Positions 38,700 to 51,126 of a stretch of 64,000 nucleotides of DNA are shown piece after piece. How positions within the stretch are numbered: position 1 is the first letter of the stretch; the number at the start of each line of letters is the position of its first letter. The notes under the pieces were generated by a model that had not been told where the DNA came from, did no database searches, and saw only the letters and a list, made by a program, of their open reading frames with translations. A program made the position numbers and the translations under genes. Source of the DNA: Tubiluchus corallicola (Eukaryota > Animalia > Priapulida); the NCBI GenBank assembly GCA_030141605.1, contig JAQGDQ010000199.1, positions 272,783 through 336,782 of the forward strand. The letters run 5' to 3'.

Positions 38700-39482
38700 C
38701 AGGGTGCATAAGATTATGGAAATGTATAAAATAAATAAAATAGCTTATTTTATGGATTTTTGAAATTTTATTTTATGGATATCAATAAAATAAGAAATAG
38801 ACTATATCTGGAACGAGATGCCCAGGGGAAATCAATTAAAAAGTAAAAACAGGAGTGCTTGAAACGTGTTTTTAAACACGCAGGACTTAGTTTTAATTTT
38901 ATCTGTTTCGTTTTAATTTTATCGGTTTCATATCACTGCAAATTTAATCAAATTTTACGAGACAATGCCTTGTAATTCATCACTTTCATTTCAAATAATT
39001 CGTCTATTTGGTACGAATGTAGAATGCCCTCTAGGCTGAAGTTTCCGATCCAATGCCCGTATTCAGTTTTGATTGCCTATTGCTTTGCACCTTCTTTTTC
39101 TTCCTTTACGAAATGTACACAAAACAGACACTCTACAGAGAGTACGTCTCTGGTGGCTGGGTCTCTCTCAGTTATTTTCAGACCGAACTCCAGCTCATGC
39201 TTTGGTTGAAACTTCGCCATCTTGATAACAAAAAGACAATGAAAAAAACAATGTAAAATAGCAAATCCGGAAATGCGCTTTTGTTGGTTTGTTTTCTTTC
39301 TCTTTCTCTCCTTCTAACGTTCGTTTTCAGTGTTGCCAATGCTTACAACTCGTTACTTTGTACAAAAAATCACAAAAAAATATTTTTTTATTTTATGCAT
39401 TCCTTATTTTATGGATTTTTCAAATTTTATTTTATGGATTTCTGGTCTTATTTTATGGATATCCATAATCTTATGCAGCCTG
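38700..39482. mobile_element. Non-autonomous hAT-type DNA transposon
   Basis: TIRs cagggtgcataagattatgga / tccataatcttatgcagcctg with a perfect 8-bp TSD gtaataag on both sides. Confidence 0.88.
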
Positions 39483-42400
39483 GTAATAAGCATTTTGGAT
39501 GAAATTTTCTAACACTGGGTCCGTAAAATGCCCATCAAAATTTGTTAGTCTATTGGTAGATACGCCTCTGTTAACACTTTTATATATCAGCCATATTTAT
39601 GCTTATTTTATTATTTTATGATCCTAGCTTCAGATTGATTCAACATAACCTTTGCAAAGGAGGCGGAGCCATCAACATGCATAAAGAAGGTAGAACGTTG
39701 CCTGTTGCCTGCCAAAGATAAATAGCATAATTTCTGTTGGCAAAGAATGATCAGCTTTAGGTAAGTAATTGCCAAATCATCACGCATTTTATAATCATTG
39801 CAAACACGGACTCTTGCATAACTAGTAATAGTGACTGGTAGTAAAATTAACGTTGTTGTATAAGTACATTATACTATGTTTGATGCTAATATCCTAACAA
39901 TAATACTTAGCATTAAGTTATTTAACACTTTTATATAAACCTCGACGTTAATTTACCTTCCGAGTAAAAGCGAAGTTGGCAAAAATATGACATTCTCAGC
40001 AACTCCGCAGTTCAGTTTGACTTGTAAGTTTTGCTCTAATTGACTTTGTCCTTGCTGCCGCCAATTCGTGTTGTTCACAACTAGAAAGTACATGCACAAA
40101 TGCACAATTTTGAACACGCTTCTGTTCAATTGTAATATTAATACATAACAAGTTATGCTGCATCAGGTGGCGCGCCACAATGCTCTTAACAATGAAACTT
40201 TTAGTTTTTTTGCATTTCCAAGTAACGTCTCAGAGACTTTAGTTACTTCTGATGCACTTTATTGCAAAACGTTAAAAAAGAAAACTTTATAAAACTGAAT
40301 ACAATGCAAAAGTATGCATTTAGACTAATACATGGCTAATATCCCCCGGTCTGCTAAACAACATGAAACTTCAAAAACAAATTTAAGAATCTTCCACAAA
40401 AAACTCAGATAAAACATTAATATTTCTTTATGAGTAAACTGAATGATACTTTGCACAGTTTAAATCAAATTATTGTAAACAATAAATTTGAAAATCATTC
40501 CACATGAAAACAAGTCATAAATTTATGGAAATCACTATTCAGTGATATAAAGCAAAAATAATATCTCTCCGACTTCAAAAAGAAATTAAAAGAATATCAC
40601 TATAACGGCTGTCAACTTCCAAATTATGCTTATGAAAACCAATGTAAAAACTGGTCCAAGAAATACGATAAACAAAGAGGTTATGCTAGGTGCGAGCACA
40701 TGTTTTTAGGTTGTACTGAAGCATAGCGCAAAGCAGCGACCAGCCGACCAGCAAGTGGCACCTCAAAAATACTCAAATGCAGTATAACATATGAAACTCT
40801 CATAAAATAGTTTTGGGAGTGCAAAATAAGCGCCATCTTTACTTAATGGAATGGCGTCATCAATGCTATGATGCATATTAAGAACGGTTTCGAATAAAAC
40901 CGTAATCACTTTCTTTGCTCTATCTTTTATCCTCATTTTAAAGAATAGTTGTGATGACATTAGAAAAAGTATGGAAAGAAGCAGGGTTTTCGCTGACCTG
41001 GTTAACTGGTAGTTCTTTCCCTGTAAAACAGATTTTCTAAACTTGATCTCATTTGTCGCAAGAATGAGAAGTGCATTAATACTTTAAGCCATTTGTCATT
41101 ATAGATTATGATATATATATACCATATTTACATTGTATACATTATCAATATACATTATATCAACATAATAAATGGAGGTTTTTACAAAGTCATGGCACAT
41201 AAATTACACAAATAAAATGTATGTTAACAAATCCATTTCACAACCAGTATAAATTCATATATCCTTGTAATGTGTCTGATCGTGTGATTGTCATGCATAT
41301 ACCTAATCAACGTGGTCATTTCTGCAAACACACATGATAAACAATGTTATTATGGGCCATAAACTTCTACCTAAAATGACATCAAAATGCTTTAAATGTC
41401 ATTTTTCATCAGCTTCCATTTTCCTGCGTATTTTGACACATGAAGCTTGTGTTTTGCACATATGTGTTGCACTGCGTTGATATAATTGTTCTTTGAGTTG
41501 AGTTTAACTGTTCTTTTTTAAATTTGGTATCTATACTTTCCGTTTTAAAGCAAAATACTAGATTAACAGGAACAGGTTAGCCAAAGTCTTTGCTGTTTTT
41601 CTTACTTCCACGTTTAGTTGTGTTTTACTGATCGTATTTCTAGAAATACTGTTTTTACATTATTAATTTCTTAGATAATTTTCAGTGTTCACAGCAGATT
41701 TTGAGTTTAGGCTGTTTGCAGTTTTGTCTTCTGGCTCACGCTCCTGTAACTTGACAATTACCATTCTATGTAGTAATTTCGTTAAATATTCCTTAATGCA
41801 AAGTAAACATCAGGAACAATAATGAAGAATAAACATCATATAATTTAAACATTATTTTTCACATTGCTACAATATATAGGCCTATCCACCACCACTGAGA
41901 GACATATTTATATATCTAACGCTACCTAAAGGCATTAGTCTGAAAACATATAATCAAGCATACAATTAAAGCAAAAAATGTTTAGTCGGGGAGACCCAAG
42001 ACTTCGTTGATATAATATGGATTCGTGAAGACAGACGTCAGTAGAAAAAGCAGACATCTCAACTCCAAAGATAGCTAGCTCGAAAATACTTTATGCCAAA
42101 CCATTTTAAACTGCACTACAGCCAATCCCTTCTGATACCAGTGTATCATGGATGGCGGTCAAGAAGTCCAGGATTCAAATCTGGATCCACGTGAACTTGA
42201 ATTGTTACAAAATAACTCGCGGTTTCTCCTGCACTACTGGCTGCACTGAGGAATAGGTGCTTGGATGGAAAGTTGTGAATAGATAATTACTGAAAAACAA
42301 TGATCCCAGTAGCCAAATATACATGTTAAGAGACAAATCGTGAGCTTATTTGTCAAACTCCCTATATATATAGGGAGTAATAATGTGGATAAATGCTGCT

Positions 42401-42902
42401 TTCATATTTAATGCTATGTTTATGTAATGAGTGCAAAGCACGACACATTACGTTATGGAATTACGACACAAAATGCGCTATTGTGGAATTCGTAGTTTTG
42501 TTCGACGCTGCTAAATAACTTAATTTTTATTATTTCATTTTATTTTTATTTACCTTTGTTAAGACAAAATACTATGCAAATTTGCCAGGTAAACGAGGAT
42601 TTTACAAAACGTCAACTCTTTATGGACACTTTTGCTAAAACATTGCAATGCACTATAAAACTCACTATAATTAGTTATTATACTTACGTCATTATTATCT
42701 AAGTGCTTCTAGGTTCTAAAATGGCACGCCCCACCTGATGTTGAAGCTATGCATTCCTGCCCGGCGCCATACCCACGATGCATCATCAGCTTTCAGTAAT
42801 CTAGAGTTATATTTAATAGATCTTTTTGCAGTATATCCTCTCGGCCTTTTGTCCCTCACTAAATATTATAGCAAAAGAGAGAAACCAACCCTATACAATG
42901 TG

Positions 42903-43796
42903 CTAGTGATGATCGATATGTGGTGAATAACTAAAAACGTCAAAATCTTTTTTAAAAAGGTTAATTAATTGTAAATAAGCATTGGGTGTTAGTTGGTTGT
43001 AATATTCCTTCAAAACTGCACTGGTGGTGTTCTGTTTTTGCGTAACATATCCAGTTTTGTCTTTTGTAGGAAAAGTGACATTGGGATTCACCTTTAACGC
43101 CTTTAGTACATACGCTGCTTCTTTTTTGATATTTTCATATTTTCCTACAAAATCGTATTTTATTTCACACACATTACACAAATCAAAAATAGGTGTCCAA
43201 TGTCTATCAGTTGATAACGAAGAATTATGCTCCTCCAATATATAACTGACAAACTCCGCGAATGTTGGAGGGTGGGAATCGTAATGAGCCATAGCTTGTT
43301 TGTCATTGGCAAACGTTCCCCTTTTCCTCAATATTTTTAATCCTACAGAACGCCGATAGTTTCTGTCATATCCTCCTATGCCAAGCATTTTGTTTCTATA
43401 AGCTGAGAGAACTCTTTCCATTGGGTGTCTAACAAACAAGAATTTATAGCTTGAAATAAACAATTTGCTTCTGTTTCTTAACATCCTATGCTGCTCCAAA
43501 AGAAATGGCTTGGACTTCAAATAAAAGTAATGAGCTTCGTCGAACTTGATATTCTGCGCACTATTGTATTTGGCAGGTTGAAGAATTGCCATAAATGTTC
43601 GCTTCCAGTTTGTATTACTAACTTTAGGAACTGAACAATAGACAACACTTGGAGATTTCAACACTATCAACCTGCTCGACCAATTGAAAACTGACGCACT
43701 ATCGTTACTTTTTCTGTACTTCTCACACGTTCTTTGCACGTGTTGAAGTCTTATTTTATTCAAGTTTGCAATTTTCTCATGAGGTACTTCTGGTTT
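42903..43796 (-). CDS. Carbohydrate sulfotransferase, CHST8-14/HNK-1ST type (Sulfotransfer_2), catalytic exon
   Basis: 5'-PSB VYCSVPKVSNTNWKR, 3'-PB FLFVRHPMERVLSAYRNK, HWTP..LC..C.I.YDFVGKYE, DF..FSY; tttcag acceptor ending at 43797; 5' anchor exon not established. Confidence 0.9.
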   Translation of the reverse strand, partial: KPEVPHEKIANLNKIRLQHVQRTCEKYRKSNDSASVFNWSSRLIVLKSPSVVYCSVPKVSNTNWKRTFMAILQPAKYNSAQNIKFDEAHYFYLKSKPFLLEQHRMLRNRSKLFISSYKFLFVRHPMERVLSAYRNKMLGIGGYDRNYRRSVGLKILRKRGTFANDKQAMAHYDSHPPTFAEFVSYILEEHNSSLSTDRHWTPIFDLCNVCEIKYDFVGKYENIKKEAAYVLKALKVNPNVTFPTKDKTGYVTQKQNTTSAVLKEYYNQLTPNAYLQLINLFKKDFDVFSYSPHIDHH

Positions 43797-44229
43797 CTGA
43801 AAGAAACAATAAAAAACTATAATATTTTTTAACATTTTAATGATAAATATATTAAAAACATATAAAGCTTTAAAAGAACACAGACATTTCGATTGCAAGA
43901 CACATGCCATCTTCAGTGTGTGAATATTGAACTTTCTAACTTTTCTTTTCACATTAAAATTAAAGAAAATAGCACAACCATGCCTTATTCTTACATCAGC
44001 ATCTGAGTCATTCATAATATCAACATTTTTGGTATAACAAGTGATTCGGAATTTCGAATTCTTTTTAAATAAAACCTGTTCTAATTACATTCGCATCTGT
44101 AGTAGAAATTCTACTAAATTCACGCCCGTACAACAAAATAGGAAGACAATAAGAACTAATTAGTGTTTTGCCACTATTGGGTTGCGTTTGGGCCTCATTG
44201 TCGACAAAATACTATTAAAGACCGGAAAT

Positions 44230-44700
44230 ATCTACACTTCAGTCTTGTAATGCCAACTGCACGGTCTTTACTTGTTTTAATATCGCATCCCAAATATTTT
44301 ACCCCATTTTTCCACTTAATGGACAGACCACAAAATAATGTTCCCACGCCCAGGCGAGCTTTTATACAAAATATAACAACATGGTCTTCTTTTGATTAAA
44401 AGTACTTCTCCAATGTTTACCATGTATTTCACACATCTTTAGCATTTCTCTATACGGACCAGCAAGCAAAGATACGTCATCTGCATACAATACAGTGCCT
44501 ACGAACGTTTCTCCGACGTAACATCCATACCCTGCCTTACGTAATTGTATTACGTCAGTGTATATACAGTAGAGAACTGGAAACAGTATCCCACCCTGCC
44601 TGACTCCGGATTTAATATAGAATTAATCGCTTTTTACATTTTTCCATTTCATATATGCAAGTAATTTGTTGTACCATTCTAACAAAATTCTAATGAATGA
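44230..44700 (-). mobile_element. Degenerate non-LTR RT fragment
   Basis: Reads SGVRQGGILFP...GYGCYVGETFVGTVLYADDVSLL...VKYLG. Confidence 0.8.
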
Positions 44701-45116
44701 TTTAGGACGCTAATTTTTCTGTAATCTATTAAATTTTGCATATATTTTGCACATTTCTAAAAGGTTAATATAAACTGATAATAATTCAAAGATCGAACCA
44801 TTGTGTGTTCAGCAACTAAGGTTGTTATTTCTTGGGTTTCTTGACGGTGGTTTGAAGGTGATAGTGCTCCAGAGATGGTAACGCCATTATCTAAAAAATT
44901 AATAATAACTCTACAGAGCGTCACGTTAGGCGTTTCTCAAAGCAATAGAAACACAATTAAGTTAAGTACAACACCTCTGAATCATATTAATCTCCCCCTT
45001 TCTCTTTCTCTCTTTCACTCCCTGCCCTTCTCTCTCTTTCTCTGCTCTTTCTCCCTCTCGCCTCTTGTCTCCTGTCCCATTCTTTTTCTCTATTCTTCTG
45101 CACACACGCGCGCACA

Positions 45117-45228
<112 letters not shown>

Positions 45229-45399
45229 TTCTGCTTCTTCTCATGCATCTAGCTCTTTGGCTATGAATTTTTTGACTACTGAAGTTACCTCTTGTGCTTC
45301 GTAAAAAGTTCTTCTGATTAAGTAGCTCACCAGTAGCCCACGTCTATACATTTATCTACGATTAAAATTGTTTAGCAAATTAGGAAAGTTATCGATTTT

Positions 45400-45715
45400 C
45401 CAGAATTTTCAAAGTTGAAAACAATAAGCCTTTTCACAGTTCCAACGACTAATGATGATCGTGAAAAGGTCAAATGTTAAGTGAACGAGACAACTTGACA
45501 AGGCATTTATGCACACTTGACAGCACCTCCCAGACCGTAGTAACAGTTTTAACAGCAAGCTAAAACCGTACCTAGTACATTTTTTCTTGTTCACAAGCAA
45601 TATCCTGCTAGTAAATCACTCTATCCATAGACCAATGCACGTAAAGCAACTGAAGTTACTAGGTGATGCGGTACACTCAACCTTTGACCTACAGCAACTG
45701 CTCGTGCGCACAACG
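45400..45715 (-). repeat. Dispersed repeat family; other copies at about 56505-56890 and 60950-61010 (+)
   Basis: Shared gtgcgca..gcagttgctgtaggtcaaaggtt(a/g)agtg core; gttcacttaa..tttgaccttttcac shared with the 56.8-kb copy. Confidence 0.65.
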
Positions 45716-46104
45716 AAACTGCGAAAAAGCTTATTGCAGATTACAAAGAACCTTTGTTGAAAATGGTCATAACGAGGACTATAAAAGAAATGTCTGAATT
45801 ATATTCTACTTACATTTGTTGAGCATAACAATCAGTATGGTCAAAACAGCAAAACACGTGGATACCAAGCATGAGAAACAGCGGAAGAAAACTTTACTTT
45901 TCTTCACTTTCTGTTCCATACTATTTTTGAACTCTGTACGTACAAAAACATTTGAGTGACTTGTCAGAAAGCTTTAGGGGACTCCAACCTGTTTTCATTG
46001 GTCAAAGCATGATAAGGATATTAACTGCAATTAAAAAAATTACGGGATAAATGAACAAGAAATTTGCTAAAATGGCAAGAAAGGGGGTACCTGAAGTGGT
46101 TTCA

Positions 46105-46710
46105 AAAAAATCGCCTTAAAAATTATATTACTTTACAGCAGCTTTATGCATATATCGTACTCGCATTGAAAGGAATTTTTGTTTATTTTCATTTTAAATC
46201 TCCCGCAATACTGTTCCGAGGGCGCCATTACATGACGTCACTACGCATACGTAAATCAGAGGAAGAAAAGGCAATGTTAAATTATGACCCAAAAAACTTT
46301 CCATGTAAATCTCTATGCAAATCTGCTTACCTACTGGAAAGACTTATGTAACTAGAAAAGAAAATTTTTAATTATTTAAAATGTTTCTACCAATTAGCCA
46401 AATGTGGCTGACTCACCCTCCAGGGTGCACCACTCACTAACCAAAACCGTATTCTTTAAGACAAGATACAGTAATTTAAAATTTTATTTAGTTAGTGACT
46501 TCTGCGCTACGAATGCTCTGATTATTTTTTCAAACTTTACAAAATGTTTTCAAAACTTGTTTGAAATGACCTGACGTCAAAATGGCTGCATTTAACGGCC
46601 ATTGCGGGAGTTTTAATTTACATGTTTTATGCAACGTGACTACCGATTGAAGTCCTGTGTGTAAAAAGGCTGTATGTAAGTGATATAAAATTTCAAGACG
46701 AATTTTTTAA
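46105..46710. mobile_element. Old MITE-like element with degenerate long inverted repeats
   Basis: ctcccgcaat/attgcgggag, tgacgtca on both arms, ttatattactt-tacagc/gctgtatgtaagtgatataa. Confidence 0.45.
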
Positions 46711-47529
46711 GCTTTATGTTTATGAAGGGTTTTCTTGTGTTTTAAGATATTTTAAGACGCATAAACATATTTTAACGCATTTTAAGATATTATGCTTAAA
46801 AACCAATTCAAATCGTTATCGTGAGAAGTTAAACTGACAAACACGGGTGATTCTAAAATTCCTGTTTAAACTGAAAGACTATATTCCAGGGTAACAACGA
46901 GCTGTAACATTAGAGTGATAGATACCATCCAAAAGATATAATAGTTTGTTCATACTACAGAAGCAGACGATCATACGTTGACATTATAATCTACAATATC
47001 TACAGCAGGAATAATAATGTTTATGCCCAGTACAGCTGTAACGATTCATTGAGTATGCAAAGTTAGTTAAGCAGCCCTGTAAGTAATACTGCAAGAAACG
47101 TTGTAAAAATACTGTTGTAGTTTTTAGCCTGGGACTGGTTTCTTTATTGAAAGCGTACCTTTGTTGTGAAGGTTTTGTAGAGAGATTAAAAGTTCGCTTC
47201 TAAGTTTACAAAATAGCTTTGACATTGTGAATTCAGCATGTTCAAGCATAATCTTAAGCAACTGCTTATGGATAACTTGTAACACTGCGACAATTCCTGA
47301 ATGGTCCTAATACTTGACATATATATTATACGTAAGTTCATAAACTGGCGATTGATTAACTGATCTGGAGATGGTAAAACTTGCCTTTTTTATGTAGGCC
47401 TATATTGTCCGTGGTCATACAGAACAAGCAAGACAAAGCAGTAGCTTCTAGATTTAACCACGAAAAGTGACAAATTGCAAAATTATATCTAGAAAACTAG
47501 AGCAACACAAGTGAATCTTGTCTGGATTT

Positions 47530-47937
47530 TTAGATAAATTTGTATATCGGGTTATTCTGAAATGTTACTATAGTAACGTGACAAAATAAAACATTTATAC
47601 TTGTTAAGCACTAATAATCATTAGCACTAATAGTATTTCTCTAGCTTTTAGTGGAAGCACTAATAATCTCTTATATTAATATTCTTGGTATGGGCTTAAT
47701 TTATTTATATATATATAAGATTCGAGGCTACAGCCCGGACGAGGGCACCATTTGCGGCGATCTATATATCAAACGAAAGGTCTCGATCTAGTGTCGTCTC
47801 ATTGGGGGTTTATTTTTCGAATCGGGCCCACCGGGAGGAGGGGGAGGCGAAAATCATGTATTAATGTGTTAATTGTGTTAATTTGTCACCATACTGTAGT
47901 AAAATTTTAGAAAAACCCGATATACTAATTTACTTAA
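47530..47937. mobile_element. MITE-like element with about 55-bp imperfect inverted termini
   Basis: taaatttgtatatcgggttattct...gtgacaaa versus tttgtcac...agaaaaacccgatatactaattta. Confidence 0.5.
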
Positions 47938-49503
47938 AAATAGAATATTCTTATTATTTAGTGAGTTAAATAAACAATGATTTAATTACCTGTATCAGTT
48001 TGTGACTGTTTGTCTTCAACGAAAAAAATAATGTTTCTTAGCATGAAAAATGCGCTTCTGTCTGCAGCCTAAACATTGAGAACTACGACAAAGCTTCGAT
48101 TTGTGTTTCTTCATAATGGAGTAATCTAATAGACCTAAGACCAAAGTACACACATGCATCATCAAAAAGTAAATAGCTCTACGTAGTTTTCTTGCGCGCT
48201 CTTATTTCTTTGTACGGACTTTTAAACAAGCTGGAGTCACAAAACTTACAGTGTGGGTACCTGGCGCAAGGGTACAGTTAACGGAGTATGTACGGTGACC
48301 TGAGGTTTACGGGTGCAGGACAGTAGACACTATATCAGTTTTTCGTTAGGCCCTATTTATTCCCACAATTTTTTGGCATGTGGCTAGATAGTCAAGTTGT
48401 TATGCATGACTAAATTCAGATCAGTTTGGATAGTGAACCTGTTTTCGCTAGGGGCCAAAACTGAAAATTAAAGGGTTGTCACAGGTGTTTTTCCAGTCTT
48501 GAAGAATAGTGGTTGTGGTACATCAAATGAAAGGTCTCATTGCCTCATTGCCATGAGGCAAATCGAATGACATAGGTTAGCCCAAGATTGGTTGACCACT
48601 GACCCAAGGTCATAGGTCCAAATCTGATGAACTGTAATTTCATTGAAACGAAATGAGATTTTTAGATAATCAAGCAGGGCAAATTCTTTGAAGACAATTT
48701 TAAGCATTCAGACCCAAGACTCATAGGGTTGCGGGTTCGAAGGTAGTATGTTCCGTAGGTTTACGGGCCGATTTTTCCAGGGGTGGGGGCTGAGCTAATT
48801 TTGGCCCCAAAAATACAGCGCCAATCCAAAAAAAGTCCGGAGTAGTGAATTGCCTCTCCCTACCCATGATAAAAAATGCTCGGATTTCGGGCACTTCATT
48901 TGGCGGCGTGGAGAAATTTCGAGATCTCCTTTTATGAAGAATATCAAATGGCCGGTGATTACCCCCCCCCCCAAAAAAAAACGTTTGCGCGAAACCAGCA
49001 GTAACTACTCTCCCCCTGCCCCAATAAGTAATTAAAAGCCAAGTCATTATTAAATGATTTGGTTGTGTATCCATTGTGTGCAAAGCACTTGTATAAGAGG
49101 CTTTTAAATAACTTAATATTTTGTGCAGTTACGAGGGGTAACCTTAACTGAAGTGTAACGTACGTATAAGACGTATAACTTATAAGGCATAGCTGAGTGC
49201 CTATACTTCACAAACATGGCGAGTCCTATACCACGCAGGTTTATCAAAGTCCACAAAGCTTAGGATATGAAACATCACTTTATCTCCATTATATGGTACT
49301 AATATTGACACTTTTATTATAACGCTCGTCATTCACATACGCATGTAGGCTAGCTACAAGAGTAAAAATGTGGCTCATTTTCAACTTTCTGCAACGTGTT
49401 TCTGCAAACAAGCAAAATTTAATCGTGTCATTTAGTGTTATCACATGCACTTTCGAGCCGTACCCTGTGTTAAAATTCTGCTACGCATTCACGATCTTAC
49501 ATT

Positions 49504-51126
49504 ATGCTGTGCATTCGAAATTGTCAGTATAAAAATGTAGCGGTTTTTCGCACTATGAGGGCTTGTAATCTCACCAACTGTAACTCTTTAATAAAAATAT
49601 TTGTGCTTCAAAGTTTAATTGTTGTGTTTTTGTTGATGTATTTCAACCGCATTCCAGTTATTATGCACGCCCGTGCGGAACCCAAGACACAGATTTTGAC
49701 TCACACTGCCTATAACAGTGTCCTAGACGAATCTCATAAACCTGACCACTTGAGGAATGGTGGCAAGCTGCGCGACGCAAAGTGGTCCTCATTGAAAGGT
49801 ACGAACACTGCAACCTATTCAGCTTTTTATGACAGCCGTCTTACAACTCCTGTTATTCGTGTTATATGCATAACACCGCGCTGGAAAGAGGAGACTCGGA
49901 TTTTCTGTCACTTATTGTACAAGGAGGCAAATCCTAAGATCGTTTTGGCAACTGTGCAACGTCTTCCCGAGCATCATGATAAAAACTATTCAGCAGGTTA
50001 CATAAATTGCTATTTACCTGATAGTAAGGTACCGGTAGCGGTAAGTTTAAGCGTTTCTAATGAAATCGAACCATTTGAGGACTGGATTAAGATAGTTTAT
50101 GACGAAACCGATGACAAAGAGCGGCAAACATTTGGAATATGTCTGCCCACGCTCTTTGAAGGTAATACCACAATTAATCCCGTGCAGCTAATAGAATTCT
50201 TTGAGATGAACAAGATATTTGGTGTGGATCACATTGTCATCTACACAGGAACAATGAGCGATGATGTAAAGAAAGTGATTAAATCGTACGTGGACAGTGG
50301 TTTTCTTACAACCTTGGACTTTGCACTACAGTCCAGCTTGGTTCACAGAGGTCTCAATGCTTCTGATGGTCATGTGTGGGACGTGTGGTACAGCGGCCAA
50401 TTGGCTTGCATTAATGATTGTTTATACAGATACATGTATAGATTTAGATACATATCTTTCCAAGATTTCGATGAATTCATACTGCCGAAATTACATTCAG
50501 ACTGGAGAGAGCTGTTCAAACACATCGAGTCTAATAAACGAACAATGAATGAGAAGTTTTTGTTCAGAAAGAGAATTGTTTATCCCGGTAGTGAAAAAAC
50601 AGCTAAGCATATCAATTCTTATAATCGGCGAATAAATCCGAGTTTTGTTGCTCAAAATACGGCAGGGTTTTCATTTAGAAACAACTTCGTCTATTACGAT
50701 GATACAAAAATAGCCAGTAAAAACGAAAGTGTGTATGAAAGATGCAAGAGCATACGACAGGAGCTTTTATTACTCAGAACAAATTTTACCACGTCTGGTC
50801 GTTACTGGAGAAAAAGATCGAAGGTGATCGTGAGACCAGAAAAAATTGTAATAATGGGAATTCACCAAACACATAAATTACTTGATGGATCTCACTTCGA
50901 ATATGATGTGCCAATTGACATTGGAATATTACATCATTTGAGGCCAAATTCTTTAAGAAATGTAAGCTTGTCAGAAGAGAAAAAGTTCATGCAAACCCTC
51001 GCTCTCAAACCATCCACTGCAGAGCACAGCATCACTTGGAAGTCAGAACTGTTAAGGAACTCACAGGATTCTTATAGAAAAAACTTTTGTATTCCAAATG
51101 TTACGATTGGTAAGACAAAATTCTAA
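49504..51126 (+). CDS. Glycosyltransferase family 92 (DUF23; beta-1,4-galactosyltransferase GALT-1-like), type II membrane protein
   Basis: Intronless 540-codon ORF; N-terminal TM IFVLQSLIVVFLLMYF; YSAFYD, FGICL, LIEFFEMNKIFGVDHIVIY, GQLACINDCLYR, DFDEFI (DxD), RSKVIVRP..GIH, HHLR. The start may be the Met near 49555. Confidence 0.9.
   Translation: MLCIRNCQYKNVAVFRTMRACNLTNCNSLIKIFVLQSLIVVFLLMYFNRIPVIMHARAEPKTQILTHTAYNSVLDESHKPDHLRNGGKLRDAKWSSLKGTNTATYSAFYDSRLTTPVIRVICITPRWKEETRIFCHLLYKEANPKIVLATVQRLPEHHDKNYSAGYINCYLPDSKVPVAVSLSVSNEIEPFEDWIKIVYDETDDKERQTFGICLPTLFEGNTTINPVQLIEFFEMNKIFGVDHIVIYTGTMSDDVKKVIKSYVDSGFLTTLDFALQSSLVHRGLNASDGHVWDVWYSGQLACINDCLYRYMYRFRYISFQDFDEFILPKLHSDWRELFKHIESNKRTMNEKFLFRKRIVYPGSEKTAKHINSYNRRINPSFVAQNTAGFSFRNNFVYYDDTKIASKNESVYERCKSIRQELLLLRTNFTTSGRYWRKRSKVIVRPEKIVIMGIHQTHKLLDGSHFEYDVPIDIGILHHLRPNSLRNVSLSEEKKFMQTLALKPSTAEHSITWKSELLRNSQDSYRKNFCIPNVTIGKTKF

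Noticed and set aside
43797-44015. N-terminal 73 aa of the 370-aa sulfotransferase ORF
   Set aside because: AT-rich and ends in a pyrimidine tract plus cag; most likely intron read-through.
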